Shown: positions 36,244-45,723, counted from the first letter of the stretch. The stretch is 64,000 nt of DNA from Actinomycetales bacterium (GCA_016125355.1 WGLX01000006.1:109047-173046); one strand, 5' to 3'. Program-made: numbers and translations. The notes: generated by a model not told the origin, from the letters alone.

Positions 36244-38862
36244 CTAGGCCGACACTCGATTCAAGGCCTCCCGAACGAGACGTGCGGTCTCCGCCACGTA
36301 CGGTTCGTCCACCAACGTCTCGTGCGTGCTCGGGACCGTGCGGATCTGCACGGATCCCCGAACGAAATCTCCCCAGCGCAGGTCCGGCGGAGCGGATCCC
36401 AGATTGCGCGGATCCGACACGGCGGCGCAGATGAGCAGCAGGTCGCCCTCGAACGGCTTCTCCCGGTAGCGGGCCAGCGCGACCGCGACCACGGACTGGA
36501 ATGCCGCATCCCGGCGCTCGCTTCCGACGGGCAGCCAGCGGGCTGACGCCGCTCGGGCCCGGATGGCGACCCGCTCCCCCACGACGCGTCCCGACCAGAA
36601 GGCTCGCCGGGCCCAGCCCGTCCGCTGACCCCGTCGGGCACGCTCCGCCTCGCCGACGCGCACGTGCCGCGGGATGGCTGCACGTAGGGATCGCGACAGG
36701 CGCAGCTGCGGCGATCGCGGTGGCGAGTCCAGGACGACGACGAGCGGGACCTCGACGCCCGCGGCCCGCAGCTGGCGTGCGGCCTCCACCGCGATGTTCC
36801 CTCCCGAGGACATGCCGACCAAGGCGACCGGGCCGGGGGTGCCCTCGGCCAGCCAGTCCGACACGGCGGATCCCGCGATGCCCGTCACCGACCGATCGAT
36901 CCGCCCCCGGTACTGGTACCCCCGGGGGACCACGAGGAAGCACGGCCGACCCGCGACATGTCGAGCCAGCCGGGCGATGCCGGCCAGGCGCGTTCCGCCG
37001 CCGCCACCGAACAGGAGCAGCGGAACCCCTGTCCCGTCCACCGACGACAGCCGGATCAGGCGCGAGTCCCGCGAGGACCCCGGGCGGGCAGGCGCCCTCA
37101 GCGACTCGGCCAGACGGGCCGCCGTCGAGTGCCGAAGGAGCGTCGCCGCCGGCACGTCCCGCCCCAGCCTGGCCGACAGCGCCGATGCCGCCTCCTCGAG
37201 TCCCAGCGAGTCGGCGCCGAGGGCGAGGATGTCGTCGTCCCGGCCAAGGTCGTCCCGCCCGACCACCATGCCGAACTCCGCGAGGATCACAGCCTCGAGG
37301 TCGTCCCGGGCCGGAGCGAACTCCGGTCTCCCGGCGGCCACGGCACGGGTCGCGAGGGCATCGGCGTCCACCTTCCCCATGGGAGTGAGCGGCAGCTCGT
37401 CGACGATCTCGACCACGGCAGGCACCATCGCCGCAGGCAGGGCCGCGGCCACGGCACCGCGCAGGTCGACGGCCCGCACGCCGTCGGCGACGGCGAAAGC
37501 CGCGAGCCGCCGCTCTCCTGACTCGGTGTCGAAGGGCACGACCGCAGCGGCCTCGACACCCTCGACTGTTTCGAGCACGGCCTCGATGCGCACCGGGTCG
37601 ACGAGCACGTCGTGGATCTTCACGGTGGCATCGGCACGACCCGCGAACTCGAGCATCCCGTCCGGGCCACGTCGCATGCGATCGAGGGTCCGGTACCGCT
37701 GCTCGGCTCCGGCAGCCGAGAAGCGCGTGTCGGTGAGCTCCGCATCGTCGAGGTAGCCCAGGGCGAGATGGTCGCCGCGCACCTCCGCCTCGCCCTCACC
37801 CTCGCCGACGGCGACGGCACCATCGGGACCGACCAGGTCGAGGGCCAGCCACGGCACCGGCCAGCCGATGGGCACCGTACCTGTGCCGGGAAGCACAGCC
37901 ACATCGATCTCGAGCCCAGCGGTCCAGTTCGTCTCCGAGGTGTTGTAGCGGTGCAGGAGCCGCGCCTCGGGGAACATCCGATGCGCGGTGCGCACCTGGT
38001 CGACCGTGAGGCGATCGCCGCCCGTCAGGACCCAGCGGACGGTGTCGCAGGTGCGTGAGCCAGCACGCGACCCCAGCGCGGTGAGCAGGCCGGCCGTCAG
38101 GAACACCACCGAGCCGCGACGCTCGTCGAGCGTCGCCACCAGGTCGTCGACACCGGACGACAGGTCGTGGACGAGAGCGGTCGCTCCGCTCAGCAGCGCC
38201 GTGAACACCGGGGTGGCTCCGGCGACGAACGGGAACGGCAGGGTGGCCGCCAGGACGTCGCCGTCGCCCACTTCGAGTGCGCGAGAGACGCGCAGGGCGT
38301 TGTGCACGACGGACCGGTGGGCATGGACCACGGCCTTCGGCCGTCCGGACGTGCCCGAGGTGGACGAGACCGCCACCGGCGCGCCCGGATCGACGGCACG
38401 GTCAAGGGCCGCGCGGCCAGCCGGGGCGTCGAAGGACACGACGGGCGCTCCGCCGGACAGGCGCTCCGCCAGCACCGACTGGCCGGTGTCTCCGATCACC
38501 GCCGAGAGCCGGTGCCGGGAGCTGACCCGCTCGAGGTGCGCCACGGGTGCCTTCGCGTCGAGCACGAGGTACGCCCCGCCGGCGCGCGCCACAGCCAGCA
38601 TGGCCACGACCGCGCGGACATCGTGCCCGGCAAGTACTCCGACCGGGCGCCAGGGGTCCAGTCCCTCCGGCAGTGCCGCAGCGAGGGCTTCGGCTCGGTC
38701 ATCCAGTTCCGCATAGGTGAGGGACTGCTGCCGATCGACCACCGCCGTGCGCCCCGGCCAGCTCCGGACGGCCTCACGGAACGCCACGTCGAGTGTCCGC
38801 TCAGCCCTGTCGGGGTCGTCCAGATCGGCGGCCGGCGGCAGCAGCCACGGTCCGCTGTTCAC
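36244..38862 (-). CDS. second stand-alone NRPS-like protein: adenylation - PCP - thioesterase
   Basis: 872 aa and a paralogue of 30812..33358. Motifs: SSTSGTSGRPKAV, YNTSET, GRADATVKIHD, PLTPMGKVD, the PCP LGADSLGLEE and the TE GMSSGG. Confidence 0.88.
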   Translation of the reverse strand: MNSGPWLLPPAADLDDPDRAERTLDVAFREAVRSWPGRTAVVDRQQSLTYAELDDRAEALAAALPEGLDPWRPVGVLAGHDVRAVVAMLAVARAGGAYLVLDAKAPVAHLERVSSRHRLSAVIGDTGQSVLAERLSGGAPVVSFDAPAGRAALDRAVDPGAPVAVSSTSGTSGRPKAVVHAHRSVVHNALRVSRALEVGDGDVLAATLPFPFVAGATPVFTALLSGATALVHDLSSGVDDLVATLDERRGSVVFLTAGLLTALGSRAGSRTCDTVRWVLTGGDRLTVDQVRTAHRMFPEARLLHRYNTSETNWTAGLEIDVAVLPGTGTVPIGWPVPWLALDLVGPDGAVAVGEGEGEAEVRGDHLALGYLDDAELTDTRFSAAGAEQRYRTLDRMRRGPDGMLEFAGRADATVKIHDVLVDPVRIEAVLETVEGVEAAAVVPFDTESGERRLAAFAVADGVRAVDLRGAVAAALPAAMVPAVVEIVDELPLTPMGKVDADALATRAVAAGRPEFAPARDDLEAVILAEFGMVVGRDDLGRDDDILALGADSLGLEEAASALSARLGRDVPAATLLRHSTAARLAESLRAPARPGSSRDSRLIRLSSVDGTGVPLLLFGGGGGTRLAGIARLARHVAGRPCFLVVPRGYQYRGRIDRSVTGIAGSAVSDWLAEGTPGPVALVGMSSGGNIAVEAARQLRAAGVEVPLVVVLDSPPRSPQLRLSRSLRAAIPRHVRVGEAERARRGQRTGWARRAFWSGRVVGERVAIRARAASARWLPVGSERRDAAFQSVVAVALARYREKPFEGDLLLICAAVSDPRNLGSAPPDLRWGDFVRGSVQIRTVPSTHETLVDEPYVAETARLVREALNRVSA

Positions 38863-39815
38863 GCGGGTTCCCGGGATTCACGACTCACCCCGTGCGTGGA
38901 TCCGGCGGCCAGCACGCGCTCGGATCCACCCTCCGCAGCGCCCCAGGAACGCATGCGAAGCGCGTGGTCCGCATCGTCCGCTGAGCGCCACTCCCAGCTG
39001 ATGTGCCAGAGGCGCGCCTTTGCGGTCGCGCGCGCCCCGAGCGCCTCGATGGCCTCGGCGAGCCTCCGGCGCTCGTCGCCGTCGAGGTACATCAGCAGGG
39101 CGCTGTGCCAGATCACCGTGTCCGTGCCGGGTTGCAGCGTGAGGGACGCGGCGTAGTCCGCGGCCGAGCGCCGCACCACCGCCGCCGGCATGTCCGCCGC
39201 CCACGCGAGCGCACGATCCAGGGCCTCGCGTCGCCGCGGGTTGTCGATCCACACATAGCTGCGGAGCAGGGCCACGTCGTCGGGGTCCCTCGGGTCCAGC
39301 GGGTCGAGGTCGCACCCACCGCGCTCGACGATCTCCGGCAGGCGTGCGGCGTCGTGCGCATCAGTCCACTGCTCCGGATGCAGGTTGAGACCCGCGGACG
39401 CCCCGAGCTCGAACAGGCGGACCGGCCCGGGGATCTCGGCCAGGGCCCGACGCAGCTGCCGACCCCGTCCGATCTCGTTCGTCTGCGGCACCCGGGCGAG
39501 ATAGTGCGCGAGCACCTCGGGATGCTGCCGGAGGGCGTCCGCCACGGCGGACCTCTGCGCGGGGCCGGGCTCCCGGGGCAGGTCGGCATCGCCGTCGAGA
39601 ATGAGCCGGTGCAGTGCCGCGAGGATGCGCAGCCCCACCCGGTCCCCCGAGCGCACCCGGGGCGGAAGGAGCGTAGACGTGGGGCCGGTCAGGCCGTCGA
39701 CCACGGCACCGAGCAGGGCGGCGGAGACCGGCGCGTCCATCGCGAGGCAGAACTCCTGCTGCCAGCGAAGCGCATCCACCAGGTCGACGATCGCATCGTC
39801 AGGGGGTCGGTGCAC
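38859..39815 (-). CDS. DUF2332-like protein
   Basis: 318 aa. YLARVPQTNEIGRGRQLRRALAEIPGPVRLFELGASAGLNLHPEQW matches my recollection of the DUF2332 signature (QTNE..R ... E.GaSAGLNL). It overlaps the downstream A-PCP-TE start by 4 nt. Confidence 0.6.
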   Translation of the reverse strand: MHRPPDDAIVDLVDALRWQQEFCLAMDAPVSAALLGAVVDGLTGPTSTLLPPRVRSGDRVGLRILAALHRLILDGDADLPREPGPAQRSAVADALRQHPEVLAHYLARVPQTNEIGRGRQLRRALAEIPGPVRLFELGASAGLNLHPEQWTDAHDAARLPEIVERGGCDLDPLDPRDPDDVALLRSYVWIDNPRRREALDRALAWAADMPAAVVRRSAADYAASLTLQPGTDTVIWHSALLMYLDGDERRRLAEAIEALGARATAKARLWHISWEWRSADDADHALRMRSWGAAEGGSERVLAAGSTHGVSRESREPA

Positions 39816-39877
39816 CCCGTCAGTATCGTCGCCCCGCGCGGCACGCGGGACGGGTCCCTCGCGGTACGTTACGGAGC

Positions 39878-40993
39878 GTGACTGCCGGGGTGCCGCCGCT
39901 GCGAGACATCGTGCCGGGCTGGCGTCCCCCCGCCCCCGGGCGCGCGATCGCCGTGGTCGAGGGCGAGGGCATCGGGGCCGAGGTCGTGGGCGCGGCCCTC
40001 ACGGTGCTGTCGGCCGCCTGCGATGCCTGGCAGACCGAGGTCCTCGTCGACCGGTCGGGCCCGATCGGCAGCGTCGGTCCGGCCGGTTTCGGCCTCGACC
40101 AGGCCGCGGTCGACTTCTACGATTCCGCCTTCGAGCGTGGGCTGCCGGTGCTCACCGGGCCGGCCGGTGGGCGCTTCGTCTATGAGCTGCGGGCCCGCTA
40201 CGAACTGTTCGTCAAACTCGTCCCGACCCGGCCGGACGCCGGCCTCGCCGACGCCTCGGTCATCCGCCCCGAGCGGCTGCGCGAGGTGGATGTGCTCATC
40301 GTGCGGGACAACATCGGCGGGCTCTACCAGGGTGCCTTCAGCGTGTCCGCGGATGGGCGGTCGGCGTTCCAGGAGGCCCGCTACGACCTCGACACCGTCG
40401 AGGTGCTCATGCAGGTCGCGGTCGCCGCGGCTCGCGCACGCGGCGGCCGTCTCGCCGTGGTCACCAAGCCCGGTGGCATCCCGACCATCAGCGCGCTGTG
40501 GCGTCGAGTGGCCGAGGAGCACGCCGGCGATGACGTGGTGATCGACGTCATCGAGGTGGACAACGCGTGCTTCCAGCTGGTCGCCGACCCCCATCGCTTC
40601 GACGTTGTCGCTGCTCCGAACATGCTCGGCGACGTCGTGGCGGACACCGCCGCCCTCGTGCTCGGCTCGCGCGGGCTGTCCTACTCGGCGAACTTCGGTC
40701 TCCCAGGACGGGCGGTCTACCAGACCGGCCACGGAGCGGCACACGATCTGGCCGGACTCGACCGCGCCAATCCCATTGCCCAGATCAGGTCCCTGGCATG
40801 GCTGATCCGAGAGAGCCTGGAGCTGCCGCACATGGCGGAGTCCATCGAGATGGCGGTGGACTCGGTCCTGGCCGATGGTTTCCGCACCGCCGACATCGCC
40901 AGCCCAGGGTCCACCGTGCTGGGCACCCGGGGGCTCGCGACGCGCATCGCCGAGCGTGTCAAGCAGGCCGCGCTGGACCGCGCTTCACCGTGA
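39878..40993 (+). CDS. isocitrate/isopropylmalate dehydrogenase-family oxidoreductase
   Basis: 371 aa. IAVVEGEGIGAEVV, LIVRDNIGGLY and NMLGDVVADTAA (the NxxGD(I/V)xSD-type motif) are typical of beta-decarboxylating dehydrogenases. Confidence 0.75.
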   Translation: MTAGVPPLRDIVPGWRPPAPGRAIAVVEGEGIGAEVVGAALTVLSAACDAWQTEVLVDRSGPIGSVGPAGFGLDQAAVDFYDSAFERGLPVLTGPAGGRFVYELRARYELFVKLVPTRPDAGLADASVIRPERLREVDVLIVRDNIGGLYQGAFSVSADGRSAFQEARYDLDTVEVLMQVAVAAARARGGRLAVVTKPGGIPTISALWRRVAEEHAGDDVVIDVIEVDNACFQLVADPHRFDVVAAPNMLGDVVADTAALVLGSRGLSYSANFGLPGRAVYQTGHGAAHDLAGLDRANPIAQIRSLAWLIRESLELPHMAESIEMAVDSVLADGFRTADIASPGSTVLGTRGLATRIAERVKQAALDRASP

Positions 40994-42891
40994 CGCCGGT
41001 CCCCACCGCCCTGCTGGTGGTCGACATGCAGGCCGACTACCTCGCGCGGCCCGGCCTTCAGCCGTCTCCCGACCTCCTCGTGGCATCCGTGTCCGAGCTG
41101 CTGGCCGCGTTCCGGTTGGCAGGCGCACCCATCGCCCACGTACGCACGCTCGTGCGCCCGGACGGTTCCGATGCCATGCCGCATTGGCGGGCATCGGGTG
41201 AGCTGGCCTGCATCGCCGGAACGCCGGGGGCACGTCCTCCGGAGATGCTCGTCGAACGTCCGGGCGAACTCATCGCCGCCAAGCAGCACTACCGCGGCTT
41301 CGCCGACCCTCGTCTCGAGCCGTGGCTGCGACAGCGCGGCGTCGAACGCGTCGTGATCGCGGGCCTGTACCTCCACGCGTGCGTGCGCGAGACCGCCCTC
41401 GACGCCTACGAGCGGGGCTTCGCGGTGGTCATTGCCGAGGACGCGGTCGGGATGGCCGATCCCGATCACGGCCGACTCACGCGCGAGTGGCTCGCCGACC
41501 GGGCGGCCGCGTTCCGGTCGACGGCCGACATCCTCGCGGAGCTCCCCCAGGCCACCGCGTTGAGCGGGGACGCCGTCGACGCCGCCATCACCCGGGTCGC
41601 CGCGGCCCAGCCGGACTGGGCGACCGCCGACCCGTCGATGCGGGCTGACGTCCTCGCACGCTGCGCCGACGTTCTCGAGCGTTCCCCGGACGTGGTCCGG
41701 ACGATCGTGGCCGAGGTCGGGAAGCCGGTGGCAGCGGCCCGGGAGGAAGTCTCACGGGCCGTGGGACACCTCCGGACCTCCGCTCGTCTGGCCCGAGAGG
41801 AGGGCCGGGACACGGTGATCGCGGACGGCGTCGAGGTGCGTCGCGTGCCGCTGGGCGTGGTGGCGGCGATCATGCCGTGGAACAACCCGATCGCCCTCCC
41901 CTGCGGCAAGATCGGCCCAGCCCTCGCCCTCGGTAACGGCGTGGTCCTCAAGCCGGCGCCCGAGGCCCAAGGCTGCGCCGAACTCCTTCTGACGATCCTC
42001 CGCTCCGCCGGGCTTCCCGAGGGGCTTGTGGAGGTGGTCCCCGGAGGCGCCACGGTGGGCGCTGCCGTCGCAGCACATCCCGGAATCGACGCCGTCACCC
42101 TGACCGGGTCGATCGCCGCGGGCCGAGCCGTCGCCGACATCTGCGGCCGCCGAGCAGTCCCGCTGCAGGCGGAACTGGGGGGCAACAATGCAGCGGTCGT
42201 CCTGGCCGATGCCGATCTCACCCGTGATGTACCCGACCTGCTGCGCAATGCGTTCGCGTTCGCGGGACAACGGTGCACCGCGGTGCGTCGATTCGTCGTG
42301 CTCGAGGAGGGCCTCAGGGAGTTCGAGGACGCCGTCATCCGCCTCCTGGATGGCGTGCGCGTCGGCGATCCCGCTGACGAGGGCGTCCTAGCCGGGCCCA
42401 TGATCACGCCCGAAGCGCGGACCCGGGTCGAGGACGCGGTGGCGGAGGCGGTCGCCGCGGGGGCGCAGGTCGTCGCGCGAGCAGCCATCGGCCCCGATCA
42501 CGACCCCCGCTACCTGGCTCCCGTCGTGCTGCGGACGGAGGACCCGTCCAGCGCGATCGTCCAGCAGGAGACGTTCGGACCCGTGGCGGTGATCCAGCCG
42601 GCGCGGGACGTCGACGAGGCGATCGCGCTGGCGAACGGAGTCGAACAGGGCCTCGTGCAGTTCGTCTGCACGCGCGACCCGCAGCTCGCACAGGCAGTGA
42701 TGCACCGGGCCGAGGCCGGCATCGTGCAGTGGGGTGGCGGGTCCGTTCCCGTCCATGCCGAGGCGCCCTTCGGCGGCTGGAAGGCCTCGGGGTTCGGACC
42801 GCCCGAGCACGGTCGGTGGGACGCGGAGTTCTACACGCGCCCGCAGGCGGTCTACGCCCCGTCGGACGGCCCACGCGGGTCCGACAGCTAG
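40990..42891 (+). CDS. fusion protein: isochorismatase-family (cysteine hydrolase) domain + aldehyde dehydrogenase domain
   Basis: GTG at 40990 (GTGA overlap), 633 aa. N-terminal domain: ALLVVDMQADY ... VVIAGLYLHACVRETALDA. C-terminal domain: IMPWNNP, ELGGNNA, FAFAGQRCTA and QETFGPV. Confidence 0.8.
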   Translation: MTPVPTALLVVDMQADYLARPGLQPSPDLLVASVSELLAAFRLAGAPIAHVRTLVRPDGSDAMPHWRASGELACIAGTPGARPPEMLVERPGELIAAKQHYRGFADPRLEPWLRQRGVERVVIAGLYLHACVRETALDAYERGFAVVIAEDAVGMADPDHGRLTREWLADRAAAFRSTADILAELPQATALSGDAVDAAITRVAAAQPDWATADPSMRADVLARCADVLERSPDVVRTIVAEVGKPVAAAREEVSRAVGHLRTSARLAREEGRDTVIADGVEVRRVPLGVVAAIMPWNNPIALPCGKIGPALALGNGVVLKPAPEAQGCAELLLTILRSAGLPEGLVEVVPGGATVGAAVAAHPGIDAVTLTGSIAAGRAVADICGRRAVPLQAELGGNNAAVVLADADLTRDVPDLLRNAFAFAGQRCTAVRRFVVLEEGLREFEDAVIRLLDGVRVGDPADEGVLAGPMITPEARTRVEDAVAEAVAAGAQVVARAAIGPDHDPRYLAPVVLRTEDPSSAIVQQETFGPVAVIQPARDVDEAIALANGVEQGLVQFVCTRDPQLAQAVMHRAEAGIVQWGGGSVPVHAEAPFGGWKASGFGPPEHGRWDAEFYTRPQAVYAPSDGPRGSDS

Positions 42892-43337
42892 CCCACCAGG
42901 CCGGAGGCGGCGATCTGCTCGCCCGTGACGGCGCCCGGAACCTCGAACACTCCGGTCGCGGTGAATCCCCGCGCCGCCGGGCCACCCGTCAGTACCCCGG
43001 AAGGCACCATCAGCCAGGCGTGCGCGGCCCAGTCTCCGCCCGTATCCGGACGTCGCAACCCGATCACCACGACCCCGGCGCTGTGCCGGCGCCGCAGCAT
43101 CGCCTGCGCCGCGATCGCCTGGGCCAGGCAGCTGGGCGTCCACGGCAGGTGCCGCGAACCCGACTCGATGGCCGCCTTCACCTGCGTGTCCACCGGCCGT
43201 GGCTGCGTGCGCACCATCCGCTGGACGGCGGTGCCTCGCCACGGCTGTGGCACGGGCACGGACTCGCCGAGCCAACTGGCCCAGTGACGGATCGGCACCC
43301 ACCGCTGCACCGCGGAGCCGACCGTGAGAAGAGCCAT
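42888..43337 (-). CDS. transglutaminase-like lasso leader peptidase (B2 protein)
   Basis: ORF 42888..43703 trimmed to the ATG at 43337, giving 149 aa. TPSCLAQAIAAQAMLRRRHSAGVVVIGLRRPDTGGDWAAHAWLMV carries the Cys...His pattern of lasso B2 proteins. Confidence 0.8.
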   Translation of the reverse strand: MALLTVGSAVQRWVPIRHWASWLGESVPVPQPWRGTAVQRMVRTQPRPVDTQVKAAIESGSRHLPWTPSCLAQAIAAQAMLRRRHSAGVVVIGLRRPDTGGDWAAHAWLMVPSGVLTGGPAARGFTATGVFEVPGAVTGEQIAASGLVG

Positions 43338-43448
43338 CGCCTCCGACGTGCGCGCCCAGCCGGCCACGCGTGCCCGGGGCGATGTCGTCACGAGGCCGAG
43401 TGTAGGCGCGGGCCCCACCGCCGCGCGGCTCTCGGCTACCGTCGACGC

Positions 43449-44576
43449 GTGCCGGTCGACCGCGTCGTGGTGATCACCACGAACCCGGCTGCACTCGCCC
43501 GCCTGGCGGGTCCCCTGTCGCAGGCGGGGCTCAGGATCGTGGACTGGTCGCCTCGGGGCAGCTGCACCGGCTACAGCCGCCACGTCGACGAGCACCACGA
43601 CCTCGCCGATGATCCCGCGGCCCGCGGCAGGCAGCTCGCCGCCATCGCCCGGTCGATCAGTCCCTCGGACTGGGTGGTCCTCGGCACGGATGCCGACATC
43701 CACGACGTGATGGATCGACGGCGAGCAGACTCATCCCTGACCCGACTGCTCCCCACGGCGCGGCACCACAAGACGCTCGGCTCCAAGATCGCCATGGCCG
43801 CCGCGCTCGCCGACCTCGGGGTCGAGCAGCCGGCGTGGACGAGCGCGAGCACGGCCGAGGCCGTGCCGGCCGCCGTCGCCGAACTGGGTGGGGAGGTCGC
43901 GGTGAAGGGTGACCGCGGGTGGGGCGGCCTCGCCGTGACTCGGGTTCCCGCAGGTTCCGCGCCGACCGGTCTCGCGGGGGATGCTCCGTTCCTCGTGCAG
44001 CGTTGGGAGCCGGGAACCCTCGTCTCGATCGACCTGCTCGTCGTACGCGGCGAGGTCGCCCTGGCCCCCTACTCAGTCGTGCTCGGCGAGATCAGGGAGC
44101 GGGGAGCCAGCTACCACCGCGTGTACCTCCCGATTCCCGATGACGGCCTGCGCGAATCCCTGCGGCGCCTGGCCTCAGGGCTGGGCGGGACCTGGTTCGG
44201 CAACGTCTCAGCGATCGCGCGACCGGACGGATCGCACGCCATCATCGAGCTCGACCCACGGCCGAATGCCTGGCATGCCTATCTGGGACGACTCGGGTAC
44301 CCGCTCGTGGCCGCACTCCGGTCGGTGGCGACCGGCACCGATGTCCCCGCGGAGGCCGCCTTGCCCCGCTCCGGCCGGCCCGTCGTCAACCTCACCCGAG
44401 TCGTCCAGGGGAGCCTTGCCGGGAACTCGGTGCGTGCGCGCGCCCTCTTCTATCCCCGGGCGACATGGCGCCATGTGCACCGGGGGGACCTGGCGCTGAC
44501 CTACCGCGAGGCCAGGGACCTCGCGAGGTGGGTTGTCCTGACGCGGGCCGGGCGTCGACGGGTCGAGGACACCTGA
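43449..44576 (+). CDS. ATP-grasp domain protein
   Basis: C-terminal ~375 aa of ORF 42729..44576, with a provisional GTG start at 43449. KTLGSKIAMAAALADLGVEQPAW...GGEVAVKGDRGWGGLAV...FLVQRWEPGTLVSIDLLVVRGEV follows the ATP-grasp pattern. Confidence 0.6.
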   Translation: MPVDRVVVITTNPAALARLAGPLSQAGLRIVDWSPRGSCTGYSRHVDEHHDLADDPAARGRQLAAIARSISPSDWVVLGTDADIHDVMDRRRADSSLTRLLPTARHHKTLGSKIAMAAALADLGVEQPAWTSASTAEAVPAAVAELGGEVAVKGDRGWGGLAVTRVPAGSAPTGLAGDAPFLVQRWEPGTLVSIDLLVVRGEVALAPYSVVLGEIRERGASYHRVYLPIPDDGLRESLRRLASGLGGTWFGNVSAIARPDGSHAIIELDPRPNAWHAYLGRLGYPLVAALRSVATGTDVPAEAALPRSGRPVVNLTRVVQGSLAGNSVRARALFYPRATWRHVHRGDLALTYREARDLARWVVLTRAGRRRVEDT

Positions 44577-44601
44577 TGGTCTGCGCCGAGCGGCGGCCGG
44601 G

Positions 44602-44694
44602 CTAGACCTGCGAGATGGCCCGGGCGTCCTCGACGAGGGCGACTTCATCCACGGTCGGCGGCTGCCAGGGCTCGAGGGGGGTGTGCTCCATCAT
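44602..44694 (-). CDS. 30-aa leader-like small peptide (type II, possibly truncated or a decoy)
   Basis: Not in the ORF track. MMEHTPLEPWQPPTVDEVALVEDARA|ISQV. It begins 9 nt after the dioxygenase stop, and has the W-x-x-P-x-V motif and Ala at W+14 like the other seven peptides. Only 4 residues follow the shared register point. Confidence 0.35.
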   Translation of the reverse strand: MMEHTPLEPWQPPTVDEVALVEDARAISQV

Positions 44695-44703
44695 GATGCC
44701 ACC

Positions 44704-45723
44704 CTAGCCGCGAACGGCGTCACGATCGCGGAAGAACATCAGCTCCGGTGTCTGCATCTCCAGGTCACGCACGAATCCCGGGTGCCGCGGTCGCACGGCG
44801 CGGGGGCGCAGCTGGTAGCCGGCGAAGCCCGATGCCTGGATCGGCATGACGAGGAAGAGTCGGTCACGGTTGACCGCATCCGTCCCGGAATGCAGCCCCT
44901 GCGAGTCGCTGACGAACATCGTGCCCGCCGGTCCGGTGATCGTGCGCACCGCACTCCTCGGGAAGGCCGACCACAGGGCGTCGTCGGGCACACCCATATC
45001 GCCGGCGCGCAGGGCACTCGACCCGAGCGACCCCACGCGGTGACTGCCCGAGACGTAGGACATCGGCGCCGCGCCCGCATCGACGTCGGTGAGGTAGACG
45101 TGGACGCGCAGCCCGCCGAGCCCGTCATAGTCCCAGTGGAACTGGCGCGCGCCGCGGCGCCGCTCATCATCCGTCACCTGTGCGCCCGCACATGTCCAGT
45201 ACAGGCTCGGCGGGTGGATGACCGGGCGCGCGGAGAAATGGGCCGCGGCGAGGCGCCGGAGGTCATGATCGGCGATGAGGCCCTGGATGTCGGGCTGGTC
45301 CAGGACGAACGACTCGACCACGTGCACCGCGGCCGTGTGCTCGTCGCGGTCCTGCAGCGTGCCACGCCCCGAGCTGCCGGTTACGGATCGCAGTACCGCT
45401 GGCGCGGTGGCGGCGAACTCCCGGATTCGGGCGACGGCGTCGGCGTCCAGTGCGGGGGGAACGATGGCGATGCCGTCAGCATCGAGCTCGGCGAGAGCCT
45501 GCGCCCATGACGGTTGCAGATCGGCCGCCGTCAACCGAGGAGCCCGCTCCCGCAACGTCGTGACCATGCGCAAGCCCACGCGGCTGGACAGCCCCGCGGT
45601 ACGGCCGTGCAGGGTGCGCGCGACCCGGTAGGTGTTCTCTCTCGTCGGCTGACCGGGCGTCCACGTGACCGCGTCGACGGCGACGTCCCGGGCCGCCTCG
45701 AGATAGCGGCGGACGGTCGGCAT
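44704..45723 (-). CDS. PhyH-family Fe(II)/2-oxoglutarate dioxygenase
   Basis: 339 aa with the facial-triad-like HWDYD ... GLHSG and a double-stranded beta-helix-type sequence. It is divergent from peptides 45796 and 45958. Confidence 0.7.
   Translation of the reverse strand: MPTVRRYLEAARDVAVDAVTWTPGQPTRENTYRVARTLHGRTAGLSSRVGLRMVTTLRERAPRLTAADLQPSWAQALAELDADGIAIVPPALDADAVARIREFAATAPAVLRSVTGSSGRGTLQDRDEHTAAVHVVESFVLDQPDIQGLIADHDLRRLAAAHFSARPVIHPPSLYWTCAGAQVTDDERRRGARQFHWDYDGLGGLRVHVYLTDVDAGAAPMSYVSGSHRVGSLGSSALRAGDMGVPDDALWSAFPRSAVRTITGPAGTMFVSDSQGLHSGTDAVNRDRLFLVMPIQASGFAGYQLRPRAVRPRHPGFVRDLEMQTPELMFFRDRDAVRG

Noticed and set aside
42729-43448. N-terminal 240 aa of track ORF 42729..44576
   Set aside because: It overlaps the ALDH 3' end and the B2 peptidase gene (antisense). 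Recognisable ATP-grasp sequence begins only after about 43449.
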